Shown here in pieces: positions 39,242 through 50,327 of a DNA stretch of 64,000 nt. Within the stretch, counting starts at the first letter, position 1. Every line of letters starts with the position of its first letter. The position numbers and the translations under genes are program-made. Location of the stretch: NCBI RefSeq assembly GCF_046105845.1, contig NZ_CP151004.1; one strand, written 5' to 3'. The stretch comes from Escherichia coli (GTDB taxonomy: Bacteria; Pseudomonadota; Gammaproteobacteria; Enterobacterales; Enterobacteriaceae). The notes beneath the pieces were generated by a model. That model made no database searches and was not told where the DNA came from. It worked only from the letters and a program-made list of their open reading frames with translations.

Positions 39242-41404
39242 TCACACCGTCTCCAACCGGGCGTAAGCCGCCACCAGCCATTTAATACCCTGGCCCTGGA
39301 ACGCCACCTGCAAACGGCTATGCTCACCGCTGCCTTCCATATTGACGATGGTGCCTTCACCAAACTTAGCGTGGCGTACGCGCTGGCCGAGCTTGTAGCT
39401 GCTGTCGTTCTCGACCATCGGCGTACCCATCCGTTGATGGCTGACCGGGCGGCTTACCGTGGCGCGCAGGCGCACCTCTTCCACACACTCTTCCGGCAGC
39501 TCGCCGATAAAGCGCGACGGGCGATGGTAAACCTCTTTGCCATACAAACGGCGAGTTTCCGCGTAGGTCAGCGTCAGTTTCTGCATCGCGCGGGTTACGC
39601 CAACGTAGGCCAGACGGCGTTCTTCTTCCAGACGTCCGCCTTCATCCAGCGACATCTGGCTTGGGAACATGCCTTCTTCCATACCAACGATAAACACCTG
39701 CGGGAACTCCAGCCCTTTCGCCGAGTGTAGCGTCATCAACTGCACCGCATCCTGCCAGGTATCCGCCTGCCCCTCGCCCGCTTCCAGTGCCGCATGGGAG
39801 AGGAACGCCTGCAGCGGCATTAAATCTTCGTCTTCTTCGTTGTAGCTGAACTGGCGCGTCGCCGTCACCAGTTCCTCTAAGTTTTCGATACGCGTCTGTC
39901 CTTTTTCGCCCTTCTCCTGCTCGTACATGGTGCGCAGGCCGGAGTCTTTAATGACCCGGTCAGTCTGTACATGCAGCGGCATATCGGCAGTTTCCTGCGC
40001 TAAGGCGTCGATCAGTTCCATAAACCGTTGCAAGGCACTGGCAGCACGTCCGGCGAGGGCTTTTTCCTGCAACAGTTCACGACATGCCTGCCAGAGTGTT
40101 AACTGACGATCGCGCGATGTCTGACGTACCACGTCCAGCGTCCGGTCACCAATACCCCGCGTTGGCGTATTCACCACGCGCTCAAAGGCCGCGTCGTCGT
40201 TGCGGTTGGCAATCAGGCGCAGATATGAGAGCGCGTCTTTGATTTCCTGACGTTCGAAGAAGCGCATCCCGCCGTAAATACGGTACGGCATACTCGCCTG
40301 CAACAGTGCTTCTTCCAGCACGCGCGACTGGGCGTTGCTGCGGTAGAGAATGGCGCACTCGGCGAGCGCCCCGCCGTTGTCCTGCCAGGTCTTGATACGG
40401 TTAACCACAAAACGCGCTTCGTCGAGTTCGTTAAAAGCGCAATAGAGGGAAATCGGCTCACCGTCCGCGCCATCGGTCCACAGTTTTTTACCCAGACGCC
40501 CGTTGTTGTTTTCAATCAGGGCGTTAGCGGCGCTCAGAATATTGCTGGTAGAGCGGTAGTTTTGCTCCAGACGAATAGTTTCGGCACCGGGGAAATCATT
40601 AAGGAAACGCTGAATATTCTCCACCTGCGCCCCGCGCCAGCCGTAGATTGACTGGTCGTCATCGCCAACGATCATCACTTTGCCGGTGTCGCCCGCCAGC
40701 AGGCGGATCCACGCGTACTGAATGTTGTTGGTATCCTGGAATTCGTCCACCAGGATGTTAGTAAAACGTTCGCGGTAGTGTTGCAGGATATGCGGCTTGT
40801 TAAGCCACAACTCGTGAGCACGTAGCAGCAGCTCGGCGAAGTCCACCAGGCCCGCGCGGTCACACGCTTCCTGATACGCCTGATACACCTTCTGCCAGGT
40901 CTGCTCCACCGGATTACCGTAGCTTTGAATATGATGTGGACGCAGGCCTTCATCTTTCTGGCTGTTGATGTACCACATTGCCTGGCGCGGCGGCCACTGC
41001 TTCTCGTCGAGGTTCATCGCCTTGATTAGGCGTTTGAGCAGGCGTAGCTGGTCCTCGCTGTCGAGGATCTGAAAATCCTGCGGCAGATTGGCGTCCATAT
41101 GGTGCGCACGCAGCAGACGGTGCGCCAGCCCGTGGAAGGTGCCGACCCACATGCCGCCCTGGCTGGTGCCCATCAGCTGCCCGATACGATGACGCATCTC
41201 CGCCGCCGCTTTGTTGGTAAACGTTACCGCCATAATCGAGTATGGCGAGCAGTTTTCCACGCTCATCAGCCAGGCGATACGATGCACCAATACGCGCGTC
41301 TTACCACTGCCCGCGCCCGCCAGCACCAGAAGGTTGCTGCGTGGCGCGGCCACCGCTTCGCGCTGTTTGTCATTAAGGCTGTCGAGCAGGTAAGAAACGT
41401 CCAT
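39242..41404 (-). CDS. uvrD: DNA helicase II (UvrD)
   Basis: Translation from MDVSYLLDSLNDKQREAVAAPRSNLLVLAGAGSGKTRVLVHRIAWL... (720 aa) recognised as UvrD; track ORF is over-extended upstream by 62 codons. Confidence 0.94.
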   Translation of the reverse strand: MDVSYLLDSLNDKQREAVAAPRSNLLVLAGAGSGKTRVLVHRIAWLMSVENCSPYSIMAVTFTNKAAAEMRHRIGQLMGTSQGGMWVGTFHGLAHRLLRAHHMDANLPQDFQILDSEDQLRLLKRLIKAMNLDEKQWPPRQAMWYINSQKDEGLRPHHIQSYGNPVEQTWQKVYQAYQEACDRAGLVDFAELLLRAHELWLNKPHILQHYRERFTNILVDEFQDTNNIQYAWIRLLAGDTGKVMIVGDDDQSIYGWRGAQVENIQRFLNDFPGAETIRLEQNYRSTSNILSAANALIENNNGRLGKKLWTDGADGEPISLYCAFNELDEARFVVNRIKTWQDNGGALAECAILYRSNAQSRVLEEALLQASMPYRIYGGMRFFERQEIKDALSYLRLIANRNDDAAFERVVNTPTRGIGDRTLDVVRQTSRDRQLTLWQACRELLQEKALAGRAASALQRFMELIDALAQETADMPLHVQTDRVIKDSGLRTMYEQEKGEKGQTRIENLEELVTATRQFSYNEEDEDLMPLQAFLSHAALEAGEGQADTWQDAVQLMTLHSAKGLEFPQVFIVGMEEGMFPSQMSLDEGGRLEEERRLAYVGVTRAMQKLTLTYAETRRLYGKEVYHRPSRFIGELPEECVEEVRLRATVSRPVSHQRMGTPMVENDSSYKLGQRVRHAKFGEGTIVNMEGSGEHSRLQVAFQGQGIKWLVAAYARLETV

Positions 41405-41462
41405 TGGCACCGCCGCGTAAAAATAGGTTGGGCGGAGAAGCGCAACGCCCTCCGCCAAAAAG

Positions 41463-41478
41463 CTGGGTATATATACAG
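41463..41478 (-). promoter_or_regulatory. LexA (SOS) box in uvrD promoter
   Basis: Reverse complement CTGTATATATACCCAG matches the CTGT-N8-ACAG LexA consensus; about 60 bp upstream of the uvrD start, just downstream of the yigB stop. Confidence 0.65.
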
Positions 41479-41487
41479 ATTTGCTGA

Positions 41488-42204
41488 TTATATCAGCGAG
41501 GTCAGAGATGCCAACCGGGAAATTTCCAGATGCGGGAGTAAACGGCTGTCCCAGGTTTGCATCAGATCGCCATTTTCCGGTCTGATCCAACAGGCCTGCA
41601 TTCCGCTGCGAATTGCCCCACCCACGTCAGTGGTGAGATCATCCCCGACATGTAAGATCTCGCCGATCGGCACGTTGAGTTTTTCCGCCGCCAGGAAGTA
41701 CATATCGCTGAACGGTTTTGAGCGCCCGTGCGGGCCAGCACGCAGCACAAACTCAAAATAATCCCCCAAACCAAACAGTTCCGGCTGGGCGTTACCGTTG
41801 GTGATCGCCACCAGCGGCCATTTCTTCGCCAGCTGTTTTAAGGTGTCGTGGGTTTGCTGCGGGACATCGATTCGGCTGCGCCATTTGGCAAAGTTGATCA
41901 TTGCTGCGTGTGCGCCTGCACTGGCTTCTTCGGCACTCAGCCCGGCGTCGAGCATGGCTTGTTCAATCGAACGAAAACGCCAGCGCGTCACGTCGTGATA
42001 AATCTCGGGTTCCGCTTCCCGTACCGCCTGGCGCAGGCGTTGCAGATCTTCATTCTGGAAGCTGCGCAGCGCCGGATGATAATTTTGCACAAAGGTAAGC
42101 GCCTCTCGCTCGGTGCGCAAAATCACCGGACGGTTATCGTAAAGGGTATCATCCAGGTCAAAGGTGAGCGCCGAGATGCGCCTCAAAGGCCGGTAAAAAC
42201 GCAT
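41488..42204 (-). CDS. yigB: HAD-family phosphatase YigB (5-amino-6-(5-phospho-D-ribitylamino)uracil phosphatase)
   Basis: 238-aa ORF with HAD motifs (DLDDTL near N-terminus) recognised as YigB. Confidence 0.9.
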   Translation of the reverse strand: MRFYRPLRRISALTFDLDDTLYDNRPVILRTEREALTFVQNYHPALRSFQNEDLQRLRQAVREAEPEIYHDVTRWRFRSIEQAMLDAGLSAEEASAGAHAAMINFAKWRSRIDVPQQTHDTLKQLAKKWPLVAITNGNAQPELFGLGDYFEFVLRAGPHGRSKPFSDMYFLAAEKLNVPIGEILHVGDDLTTDVGGAIRSGMQACWIRPENGDLMQTWDSRLLPHLEISRLASLTSLI

Positions 42205-43100
42205 TATTTCCCCCGTTTGGCGCGTGGATGCGCCGCATCGTACACCGAGGCAAGGTGTTGAAAATCAAGATGAGTATAGATTTGCGTGGTGGAGAGGTTG
42301 GCATGACCCAGCAGCTCCTGCACACCACGAAGTTCGCCGCTCGACTCCAGCATATGCGTAGCGAACGAGTGACGTAATTTATGCGGGTGAACGTGATTAT
42401 TCAGCCCTTGTTTGATGCCCCATTCGGCAAAGCGTTTCTGCACATTACGCGCGGAGATACGCTTGCCCAGTTTCGACAGAAAAAGCGCGTCGTCTTCGCT
42501 ACCAAACAGGTCGCGCAAATCAAGCCAGTGCTCAATCCACGCCACAGCGTTGCGACCAATCGGCAGGCGGCGCTCTTTGCTGCCTTTTCCCATCACCCAC
42601 ACTTCACCAGACTCCAGGTCGAGGTGTTTGATATCGAGCCCCACCAGTTCGGAAAGACGCAGACCCGCGCCGTACATCACTTCCAGCATTGCCCGATCGC
42701 GCACGGCGAGGGGATCGTTGATATCAATATCCAGCAGCCGATTCATATCATCGACGTCGATGTTTTTCGGCAGATGACGCGGCGCTTTCGGTGCCGAAAC
42801 ACCTTTCGCCGGGTTGGCTTTGAGTTCGTTCTGGCTGACCAGCCAGTCAAAAAAGCTACGTAGCGCAGAAAGCCGTAACGCCAGACTTGCAGCTCCCAGC
42901 CCTTTACGGCGACTGCGTACAGCGAAATTGCGCACCATCGTCACATCACATTGCTGCCAGCTTTGCAGGCCGTTTTCACTGGCAAAATTGATGATCGCCT
43001 CAAGCTGACGCTGATAGTTAAGCAGGGTTATCGGGCTAAGCTGACGCTCCACGCTCAGATAACGTAGGTAGCGTTCTACATCGGTGTGTAAATCGGTCAT
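42204..43100 (-). CDS. xerC: tyrosine site-specific recombinase XerC (chromosome dimer resolution)
   Basis: 298-aa ORF with tyrosine recombinase motifs (...[40 protein letters not shown]...) recognised as XerC; conserved dapF-yigA-xerC-yigB context. Confidence 0.94.
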   Translation of the reverse strand: MTDLHTDVERYLRYLSVERQLSPITLLNYQRQLEAIINFASENGLQSWQQCDVTMVRNFAVRSRRKGLGAASLALRLSALRSFFDWLVSQNELKANPAKGVSAPKAPRHLPKNIDVDDMNRLLDIDINDPLAVRDRAMLEVMYGAGLRLSELVGLDIKHLDLESGEVWVMGKGSKERRLPIGRNAVAWIEHWLDLRDLFGSEDDALFLSKLGKRISARNVQKRFAEWGIKQGLNNHVHPHKLRHSFATHMLESSGELRGVQELLGHANLSTTQIYTHLDFQHLASVYDAAHPRAKRGK

Positions 43101-43804
43101 ACGCGTTCAATCCAACGCTCCAGAAGCTCCGGCAACATCAGCGCAATTTCATGAAGTAACTGCGTTCCCTGCCCTTGTTGATAGTGACTGGCATCGCGAC
43201 TAGTAAACAGCACAACACCCAAATCAGCATCGCTTCCCAGCATCGACATCGCCACCGATCCCACCGCTTTCGCTTCCGGTAGCACCACCAGAAGCTCCGG
43301 TCCGTTAAGCGGCCCCAGATAGTGCTGTTCCTGCCCCAGACGCTGAATACGCAGCGGTTCGAAAGACTGACGGCTTAATGCCAGATAAGTGTGGTTCGAC
43401 GGCGCACCTAAGCGCCAGCGATCCGGAAACAGGCGCAGACTCGCACCTGCCAGCCCTAAATCACGCGCCCAGCGATGGAAACGCATCAGCATATCGTCGA
43501 GACTACTGGCGGCGGTGAGACTGCGCTGCAGGTAGAGTAGACGATAAAACAGGCCTTCGTTGGCGATTGCCTGTTCCATCAACAGCGCCATGTTCTCTTC
43601 CAGAACATGAATATGATTACGTGCGCGGGCCATGTGCCACTCGACCAACGAAACGGTGCCGCGTACCGGATGCGGCACACGTATCGCTTCTACTGCGCGC
43701 GCATTGCGGATAAAAAACTCAGGATTTTTAATCAGATAATCGACAACCGCCCGGTCATCAAGCTCCGTGAGTGTTTCCTGCAGTTCTTCCCCTGGTTGCT
43801 TCAT
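43097..43804 (-). CDS. yigA: DUF484-family protein YigA
   Basis: 235-aa ORF recognised as YigA; overlaps dapF stop and xerC start (operon). Confidence 0.9.
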
Positions 43805-44625
43805 AGATGAATAAATCCGTCGTAGACATGTACCGCCGGGCCAGTCATATATAACGGGTGACCCGGACCTTTCCAGGCGATATCAAGACGACCGCCAGGG
43901 AGTTCCACGCGTACTTCTTCGGCCAGCAAACCTTGCTGAATCCCTACCGCCACCGCCGCACACGCGCCGCTGCCGCAGGCCTGGGTTTCTCCTGCCCCAC
44001 GCTCATAAACGCGTAAACGAATATGCTCGCGCTTAACCACTTGCATAAAACCGATATTGGCGCGCTCCGGAAAACGCTCGTGGCTTTCCAGAACAGGACC
44101 AAGCGTTTCTACCGCCGCGGTATCGACATCATCGACCTGAATCACGCAATGCGGATTTCCCATCGACACCACGCCGCATAAGATTGTCTGCTCGGCGGCG
44201 CGCATAATATAGGTCTTTTCCGCTTTGTTAGCGCGAAACGGCACGGCGGAAGGTTCGAAGTTGGGCTCGCCCATGTTTACGCGAACCAGATCATCATCGG
44301 TGACGGTCAGAACCATCCGCCCGTTGGCGGTGCTGACGCGGATATCGCGCTTATTGGTCAGCCCTTTCAGGCGCACAAAACGGGCAAAGCAGCGTGCGCC
44401 GTTGCCGCACTGCGCCACTTCACTGCCATCAGCATTGAAAATGCGATAGTGAAAATCCAGTTCAGGATCATACGGTGGCTCAACCACCAGCAGTTGGTCA
44501 AACCCTACCCCCAGGTGCCGATCCGCCAGGCGACGAATCAGCTCCGGTGAAAAAAAGACATTCTGCGTTACCGCGTCGACGACCATAAAATCGTTGCCAA
44601 GGCCATGCATTTTCGAGAACTGCAT
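43801..44625 (-). CDS. dapF: diaminopimelate epimerase
   Basis: Translation [46 protein letters not shown]... (274 aa) recognised as DapF. Confidence 0.94.
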
Positions 44626-44661
44626 CATTTACTCCAATCACGCGGGTACAGAAACTGACTT

Positions 44662-44865
44662 TTAGTAATTCACCTGGGATGGACCATCGCCAGTGGCGCG
44701 GTCGTTTTTATCCGGCACTGTGGATTGCGTTTGCGTCTCTACCGATTTGGTCGGCGGCGGTGCGTTTTTATCTGCAGGCGGGAAATAGAGCGGACCTTTC
44801 AGACCGCAGCCCGTCAGGCTGAAGAGAGTAAGTAATACAGTGAGTGCCTTAAACACGTTTTTCAT
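44662..44865 (-). CDS. yifL: small lipoprotein YifL
   Basis: 67-aa ORF with lipoprotein signal (LTLFSLTGC lipobox) recognised as YifL. Confidence 0.85.
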   Translation of the reverse strand: MKNVFKALTVLLTLFSLTGCGLKGPLYFPPADKNAPPPTKSVETQTQSTVPDKNDRATGDGPSQVNY

Positions 44866-45053
44866 TATGGATTGCCTGTAAAGTTCATCGCTTTCTGCTT
44901 TCTATCATCGCAGGAGAAGGCGTAAAAGCAAGCGTTTAGCGACTCTTTATGAAGTCTGAAAAATGAGGAAATACTGCGAGTATAACGCTTACACGTGGCG
45001 ATTTATGTTTTGCTGGTAGTTTCGTGATCGTCACCTCGCGCCAGGATGGCTTT

Positions 45054-45287
45054 ATGCACTATCGCAATGTGATTTCTTTGTTGGCTTGTTCGTTGTTTTT
45101 ATCGTCGGCATGGGGATGTCGGCTTGATGAGCCTGAACATAATATTTACCAGAAACAGGGAAAAGGCGTGGTGTATTTGCACCCTTATGAAAAGACCAAT
45201 CTTTCGCTATATAGAGACATTATTATTCCGTTGACAGATGAATCATGCCGGAACGCAGCCGCAGAGGTGCAAACTTTGAAGCCCTGA
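45054..45287 (+). CDS. hypothetical small exported/lipoprotein-like protein (possibly the reference yzcX)
   Basis: 77-codon ORF with AGGA ribosome-binding site about 8 nt upstream of ATG; N-terminus MHYRNVISLLACSLFLSSAWGC resembles a signal/lipoprotein peptide. Real-gene status unverified. Confidence 0.35.
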   Translation: MHYRNVISLLACSLFLSSAWGCRLDEPEHNIYQKQGKGVVYLHPYEKTNLSLYRDIIIPLTDESCRNAAAEVQTLKP

Positions 45288-45334
45288 CCCCATGCCGCTA
45301 TACTGCCGCCATCACTTAAAAACAGGATACAACA

Positions 45335-45655
45335 ATGAACGACAGTGAATTTCATCGCCTGGCTGATCAACTCTGGCTGACCATTGAAGAGCGTCTGGAC
45401 GACTGGGATGGCGATAGCGATATCGACTGCGAAATCAACGGCGGTGTACTGACCATTACCTTTGAGAACGGTAGCAAAATCATTATCAACCGTCAGGAAC
45501 CGCTGCACCAGGTGTGGCTGGCAACCAAACAGGGCGGCTACCATTTTGATATGAAAGGCGATGAGTGGATTTGCGATCGTAGCGGCGAAACCTTCTGGGA
45601 TTTGCTGGAACAGGCGGCAACGCAGCAAGCGGGTGAAACAGTCAGTTTCCGCTAA
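45335..45655 (+). CDS. cyaY: frataxin homologue CyaY
   Basis: 106-aa [59 protein letters not shown]... recognised as CyaY. Confidence 0.94.
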   Translation: MNDSEFHRLADQLWLTIEERLDDWDGDSDIDCEINGGVLTITFENGSKIIINRQEPLHQVWLATKQGGYHFDMKGDEWICDRSGETFWDLLEQAATQQAGETVSFR

Positions 45656-45694
45656 TATTACATGCCGGATAAGCTTCGCTTTCCGGCACGCTCA

Positions 45695-48241
45695 TCACGA
45701 AAAATACTGCTGTAATAGCGGCGTATCGTGATCCTGATTGGCAGGCGGCATGTTGCCAATCGATTTGGTGCGGAACGGAATCACCTGTTCACGACCATCA
45801 ACCTTCACAATCTGATAGAACTGCGGCAGGTTGAAGTTGATGAAGCTTGAGCCGTAGGTAAAACGGTCGTGCGATGACGAGTAGAAGCGACTGACGTCAC
45901 GCACCAGCTCCTCTTTGCTGCCTTCGCAGTGGTGATACACCTCAACCCGGTTGCTTTCGTCGAGAATGTAGATATTAAAGCCATTCTCGTCTTGCGTTTC
46001 TTCGAAGAAGAACTGGATGATCCCTTCGCTGGCAAAGCCGTCCACCACCGCCGGTAATTTGACGTGATTGGTTTCAACCTGCACTGACAGGCCGTGCAGT
46101 TTGTTATGCGAAATAGCGCCATAAAACTCGATGGCATTTTCTAGTTTCTGTACCGATACATTCAGGCGCTCGAAGAATAAGCCCCAGGTTTGACCAGAAA
46201 CGCGCAGCGCCTTGAAGCGCCCGGTTTCATGGCGGGTGCTGGAAAGACGCAGTTCAATGCACTCAGAAACCAGTTGCTGCACGCGAGTACGGATTAATCC
46301 GCGCAGATGCTGGCTGTAGCAGAAGACTTCCACGCTATCTGGCGGTGCGGCGTCCTGATGCATTTTACCGAGAATGGTTTTCAGGGCTTCGATCATCGAC
46401 TGCTCGCCGTTGAAGTGCAACGTACGCACTTCGTTCCACGAGTTGCGGTACAGCAGGTCCACGCTACCTACCAGGCAATTTTGATTCTCGCCAAAGCTGA
46501 AGACGTCCAGCTTACGGAAATCAAAATGCACCACCTGATTGCGGAACGCAGCTGTCGGGTCATATTCCAGGTTAACGATAATCGCCAGATGGCGAATTTC
46601 ACACGGGCTGTAGAGCGCTTTTGGCGTCGGTGCAGGCAGGCGCAGCGGGAAATGGTGTGACACATCGGCGACCATCTCCTGCAACTTAGGCAAATCGACA
46701 ATGCCGTTGCCTTTAATATACAAGCGGGTACGCGAGGTCAGCAGGCCGTTAAACCATGCCCACGCCACCAGTTTATTCAGGTAACGGTTATATTCCAGCG
46801 GCTGATGGCTGATGATCGACTCAATATTTGGCGCGCGGTTATACAGATACCAACCTGAACGGTTAGCCCGGCCCGGCGGCACATAAATAAAGGTCAGATT
46901 CGGTTCCGAGAGATCGGGTGAAATCTGCGGGTTTACCAGCGTCACTTTACCCGGCAATGCTTCAAACGCGGCATACAGCTTACGCGTCAGCACGCCGATA
47001 TCCTGCGGACTGGCGGAGACGCTAAGGTTATTGCGGCGCGCAAAGCGAATCAGATTACGGTAGCTCTGCATCATCGCGTCGAGCAACTCGTTGTGCGCCT
47101 CACGTACCTGATCAATCTTCCAGTTAGCGCGGTTATCGAGCATTGCCAGACGAGCATCGTCCCATTCCCACTCTTTCACTAACTGGGTTAGCACTTCACG
47201 ACGCCAGCCTACGCAGGCGCGTTCACGGCTGAGTTTTTCGCACACTTTTAAATAGAAGCAGCGGCGTACTAAATCCAGACGGGTGAAATCTTCAATCGCC
47301 GTCAGGTATTCAGTAACACGCTCCAGCATCATGCAGTAAGGATCGAGGCCAAACGACACAATCTCGCCGTCGTGCAAACGCTGTTTGATATCTTTCGCCA
47401 GCAGACGTGGGTTCGGGTATTCCCAGGAATAGGCTTCCAGCAGCAGTGTTTTCAGCACCGCTTTGTATGGGGAATCGATACTCTTGTAGAGCTGCCAAAG
47501 GCTGGCACCAAAGTACTCTTCAGCAGAAAGCGAGCTTAAGCCACCGAGATCCAGCCATTCATTTGGCGTCAGCACGCCCTGCGCGTAAAGCGTCATCACA
47601 TAGTCGTCGTAATGCTCTTCTTCGTCGCACGGCACCATATTCCACAGAATACGCTTACCAGCGAGACGCACGGCGGTACGGTAAAATTCGTCAAGCAGCA
47701 GTATATGCTGGGTGGAGCCACAATCTTCGCCCCCCAGGCTGCCGCTTTCATTATGACGGAAGCGGTTTTCATCAATCAGGAAGAAGCTAACTTCCACGCC
47801 CAGCGAGGCGGCCCAGCTTTCCAGCAGGCTGCATTTACGTTGTAGTAACTGGCGCTCTTCGCTATCAAGCCAGGATTGATGACAGACCCAGATATCCAGG
47901 TCAGAGGAACAACTTTGCCCTACGGACGAGGTGCTGCCCATGGTGTATACACCAGTAATTGGAAGCTCACCTTTCGGCGGATCCTGTACTGACATTCCAC
48001 GATACAGTTCAAGCTCGTTCAGGTAGTGGCGTTGAGTTTCATCAGGCGTGTAAAGGCAAATGCCTTTGGGAACGTTACCATCAAGGTAACCCGGCATTAG
48101 CGGATGGTGATAGTGCAACAATGTCGGCAGTAGACTGTAGACCTGTTGGAATGCAGGCCCCATAGCAGCAAGCGCGCGATCCACACGCAATTGATTTATG
48201 GCATCCAGTCTCTGTTTCAGAGTCTCAATATAGAGGTACAA
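45695..48241 (-). CDS. cyaA: adenylate cyclase (class I)
   Basis: 848-aa ORF recognised as CyaA; initiation codon at 48239-48241 is TTG on the coding strand, as known for E. coli cyaA. Confidence 0.94.
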   Translation of the reverse strand: MYLYIETLKQRLDAINQLRVDRALAAMGPAFQQVYSLLPTLLHYHHPLMPGYLDGNVPKGICLYTPDETQRHYLNELELYRGMSVQDPPKGELPITGVYTMGSTSSVGQSCSSDLDIWVCHQSWLDSEERQLLQRKCSLLESWAASLGVEVSFFLIDENRFRHNESGSLGGEDCGSTQHILLLDEFYRTAVRLAGKRILWNMVPCDEEEHYDDYVMTLYAQGVLTPNEWLDLGGLSSLSAEEYFGASLWQLYKSIDSPYKAVLKTLLLEAYSWEYPNPRLLAKDIKQRLHDGEIVSFGLDPYCMMLERVTEYLTAIEDFTRLDLVRRCFYLKVCEKLSRERACVGWRREVLTQLVKEWEWDDARLAMLDNRANWKIDQVREAHNELLDAMMQSYRNLIRFARRNNLSVSASPQDIGVLTRKLYAAFEALPGKVTLVNPQISPDLSEPNLTFIYVPPGRANRSGWYLYNRAPNIESIISHQPLEYNRYLNKLVAWAWFNGLLTSRTRLYIKGNGIVDLPKLQEMVADVSHHFPLRLPAPTPKALYSPCEIRHLAIIVNLEYDPTAAFRNQVVHFDFRKLDVFSFGENQNCLVGSVDLLYRNSWNEVRTLHFNGEQSMIEALKTILGKMHQDAAPPDSVEVFCYSQHLRGLIRTRVQQLVSECIELRLSSTRHETGRFKALRVSGQTWGLFFERLNVSVQKLENAIEFYGAISHNKLHGLSVQVETNHVKLPAVVDGFASEGIIQFFFEETQDENGFNIYILDESNRVEVYHHCEGSKEELVRDVSRFYSSSHDRFTYGSSFINFNLPQFYQIVKVDGREQVIPFRTKSIGNMPPANQDHDTPLLQQYFS

Positions 48242-48627
48242 GACGTATCGCCTGATTTGCTACCCGTCATGACTGTGATTCCGCCAACATCAACGGTAAC
48301 ACGCGGCATTCGGGATATTTCGTATGTCAAAGGTAACCGTTACCACTTTTCGCGCCTGGTTTTTTTAGTTTCACGACGAAAAAATGGTCTAAAACGTGAT
48401 CAATTTAACACCTTGCTGATTGACCGTAAAGAAAGATGCGCTACATACAAGTGTAGCACCGTTTATTCTCTGTAAATTCCTTATTACGACGGCGTGAAAC
48501 GCCTGTCAGGATCCACTGCCAGACCTCATTTTACGGTTTGCGCAGGCGTCTACGTTTCACCACAACACTGACATCGCTCTGGCAAGGATGTTAGGATGGA
48601 CCACGGATGATAATGACGGTAACAAGC

Positions 48628-49569
48628 ATGTTAGACAATGTTTTAAGAATTGCCACACGCCAAAGCCCACTTGCACTCTGGCAGGCACACTATGTCAAAG
48701 ACAAGTTGATGGCGAGCCATCCGGGCCTGGTCATTGAACTGGTACCGATGGTGACGCGCGGCGATGTGATTCTTGATACGCCGCTGGCGAAAGTAGGCGG
48801 AAAAGGCTTATTTGTAAAAGAGCTGGAAGTCGCGCTCCTCGAAAATCGCGCCGATATCGCCGTACATTCAATGAAAGATGTGCCGGTTGAATTCCCGCAA
48901 GGTCTGGGGCTGGTCACTATTTGCGAGCGTGAAGATCCTCGCGATGCCTTTGTGTCCAATAACTATGACAGTCTGGATGCGTTACCGGCAGGCAGTATCG
49001 TCGGGACGTCCAGTTTACGTCGCCAGTGCCAACTGGCTGAACGCCGCCCGGATCTGATTATCCGCTCCCTGCGCGGCAACGTCGGCACTCGCCTGAGCAA
49101 ACTGGATAACGGCGAATACGATGCCATCATTCTTGCCGTAGCCGGACTAAAACGTTTAGGTCTGGAGTCACGCATTCGCGCCGCGTTGCCACCCGAGATT
49201 TCTCTTCCGGCGGTAGGACAAGGTGCGGTGGGCATTGAATGCCGCCTTGATGATACACGCACTCGCGAGCTGCTTGCCGCGCTGAATCACCACGAAACTG
49301 CACTGCGCGTTACCGCAGAACGCGCCATGAATACCCGTCTCGAAGGCGGATGTCAGGTGCCAATTGGTAGCTACGCCGAGCTTATTGATGGCGAAATCTG
49401 GCTGCGTGCGCTGGTCGGCGCGCCGGACGGTTCGCAGATTATTCGCGGTGAACGCCGCGGTGCGCCGCAAGATGCCGAACAAATGGGGATTTCGCTGGCA
49501 GAAGAGCTACTGAATAACGGCGCGCGCGAGATCCTTGCTGAAGTCTATAACGGAGACGCCCCGGCATGA
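48628..49569 (+). CDS. hemC: porphobilinogen deaminase (hydroxymethylbilane synthase)
   Basis: Translation [35 protein letters not shown]... (313 aa) recognised; start at internal Met of track ORF. Confidence 0.93.
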   Translation: MLDNVLRIATRQSPLALWQAHYVKDKLMASHPGLVIELVPMVTRGDVILDTPLAKVGGKGLFVKELEVALLENRADIAVHSMKDVPVEFPQGLGLVTICEREDPRDAFVSNNYDSLDALPAGSIVGTSSLRRQCQLAERRPDLIIRSLRGNVGTRLSKLDNGEYDAIILAVAGLKRLGLESRIRAALPPEISLPAVGQGAVGIECRLDDTRTRELLAALNHHETALRVTAERAMNTRLEGGCQVPIGSYAELIDGEIWLRALVGAPDGSQIIRGERRGAPQDAEQMGISLAEELLNNGAREILAEVYNGDAPA

Positions 49570-50306
49570 GTATCCTGGTCACCCGCCCGTCTCCCGCTGG
49601 AGAAGAGTTAGTGAGCCGTCTGCGCACACTGGGGCAGGTGGCCTGGCATTTTCCGCTGATTGAGTTTTCTCCGGGTCGACAATTACCGCAACTTGCTGAT
49701 CAACTGGCAGCGCTGGGGGAGAGGGATCTGTTGTTTGCCCTCTCGCAACACGCGGTTGCTTTTGCCCAATCACAGCTGCATCAGCAAGATCGTAAATGGC
49801 CCCGACTACCTGATTATTTCGCCATTGGACGCACCACCGCACTGGCGCTACATACCGTAAGCGGACAGAAGATTCTCTACCCACAGGATCGGGAAATCAG
49901 CGAAGTCTTGCTACAATTACCTGAATTACAAAATATTGCGGGCAAACGTGCGCTGATATTACGTGGCAATGGCGGTCGTGAGCTAATTGGGGATACCCTG
50001 ACGGCGCGCGGTGCTGAGGTCACTTTTTGTGAATGTTATCAACGATGCGCAATCCATTACGATGGTGCAGAAGAAGCGATGCGCTGGCAATCCCGCGAGG
50101 TGACGACGGTCGTTGTTACCAGCGGTGAAATGTTGCAGCAACTCTGGTCGCTGATCCCACAATGGTATCGTGAGCACTGGTTACTACGCTGTCGACTATT
50201 GGTCGTCAGTGAGCGTTTGGCGAAACTCGCCCGGGAACTGGGCTGGCAAGACATTAAGGTCGCCGATAACGCTGACAACGATGCGCTTTTACGGGCATTA
50301 CAATAA
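49566..50306 (+). CDS. hemD: uroporphyrinogen-III synthase
   Basis: 246-aa ORF recognised as HemD; start overlaps hemC stop (ATGA). Confidence 0.93.
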   Translation: MSILVTRPSPAGEELVSRLRTLGQVAWHFPLIEFSPGRQLPQLADQLAALGERDLLFALSQHAVAFAQSQLHQQDRKWPRLPDYFAIGRTTALALHTVSGQKILYPQDREISEVLLQLPELQNIAGKRALILRGNGGRELIGDTLTARGAEVTFCECYQRCAIHYDGAEEAMRWQSREVTTVVVTSGEMLQQLWSLIPQWYREHWLLRCRLLVVSERLAKLARELGWQDIKVADNADNDALLRALQ

Positions 50307-50327
50307 CTCTCATAACAGGAAGCCATA

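Noticed and set aside
41099-41761. 220-aa ORF on the + strand
   Set aside because: Antisense to the uvrD 5' region and yigB; shadow ORF.
42204-43100. Tyrosine recombinase as a sign of an integrated mobile element
   Set aside because: It is the chromosomal dimer-resolution recombinase XerC in its conserved dapF-yigA-xerC-yigB operon, not a phage or integron integrase; no att-like repeats, tRNA-adjacent island or phage genes nearby.
45656-45694. REP-like palindrome GCCGGATAAGCTTCGCTTTCCGGC between cyaY and cyaA
   Set aside because: Only a loose inverted repeat without REP consensus or T-tract; too weak to call as a REP or terminator.
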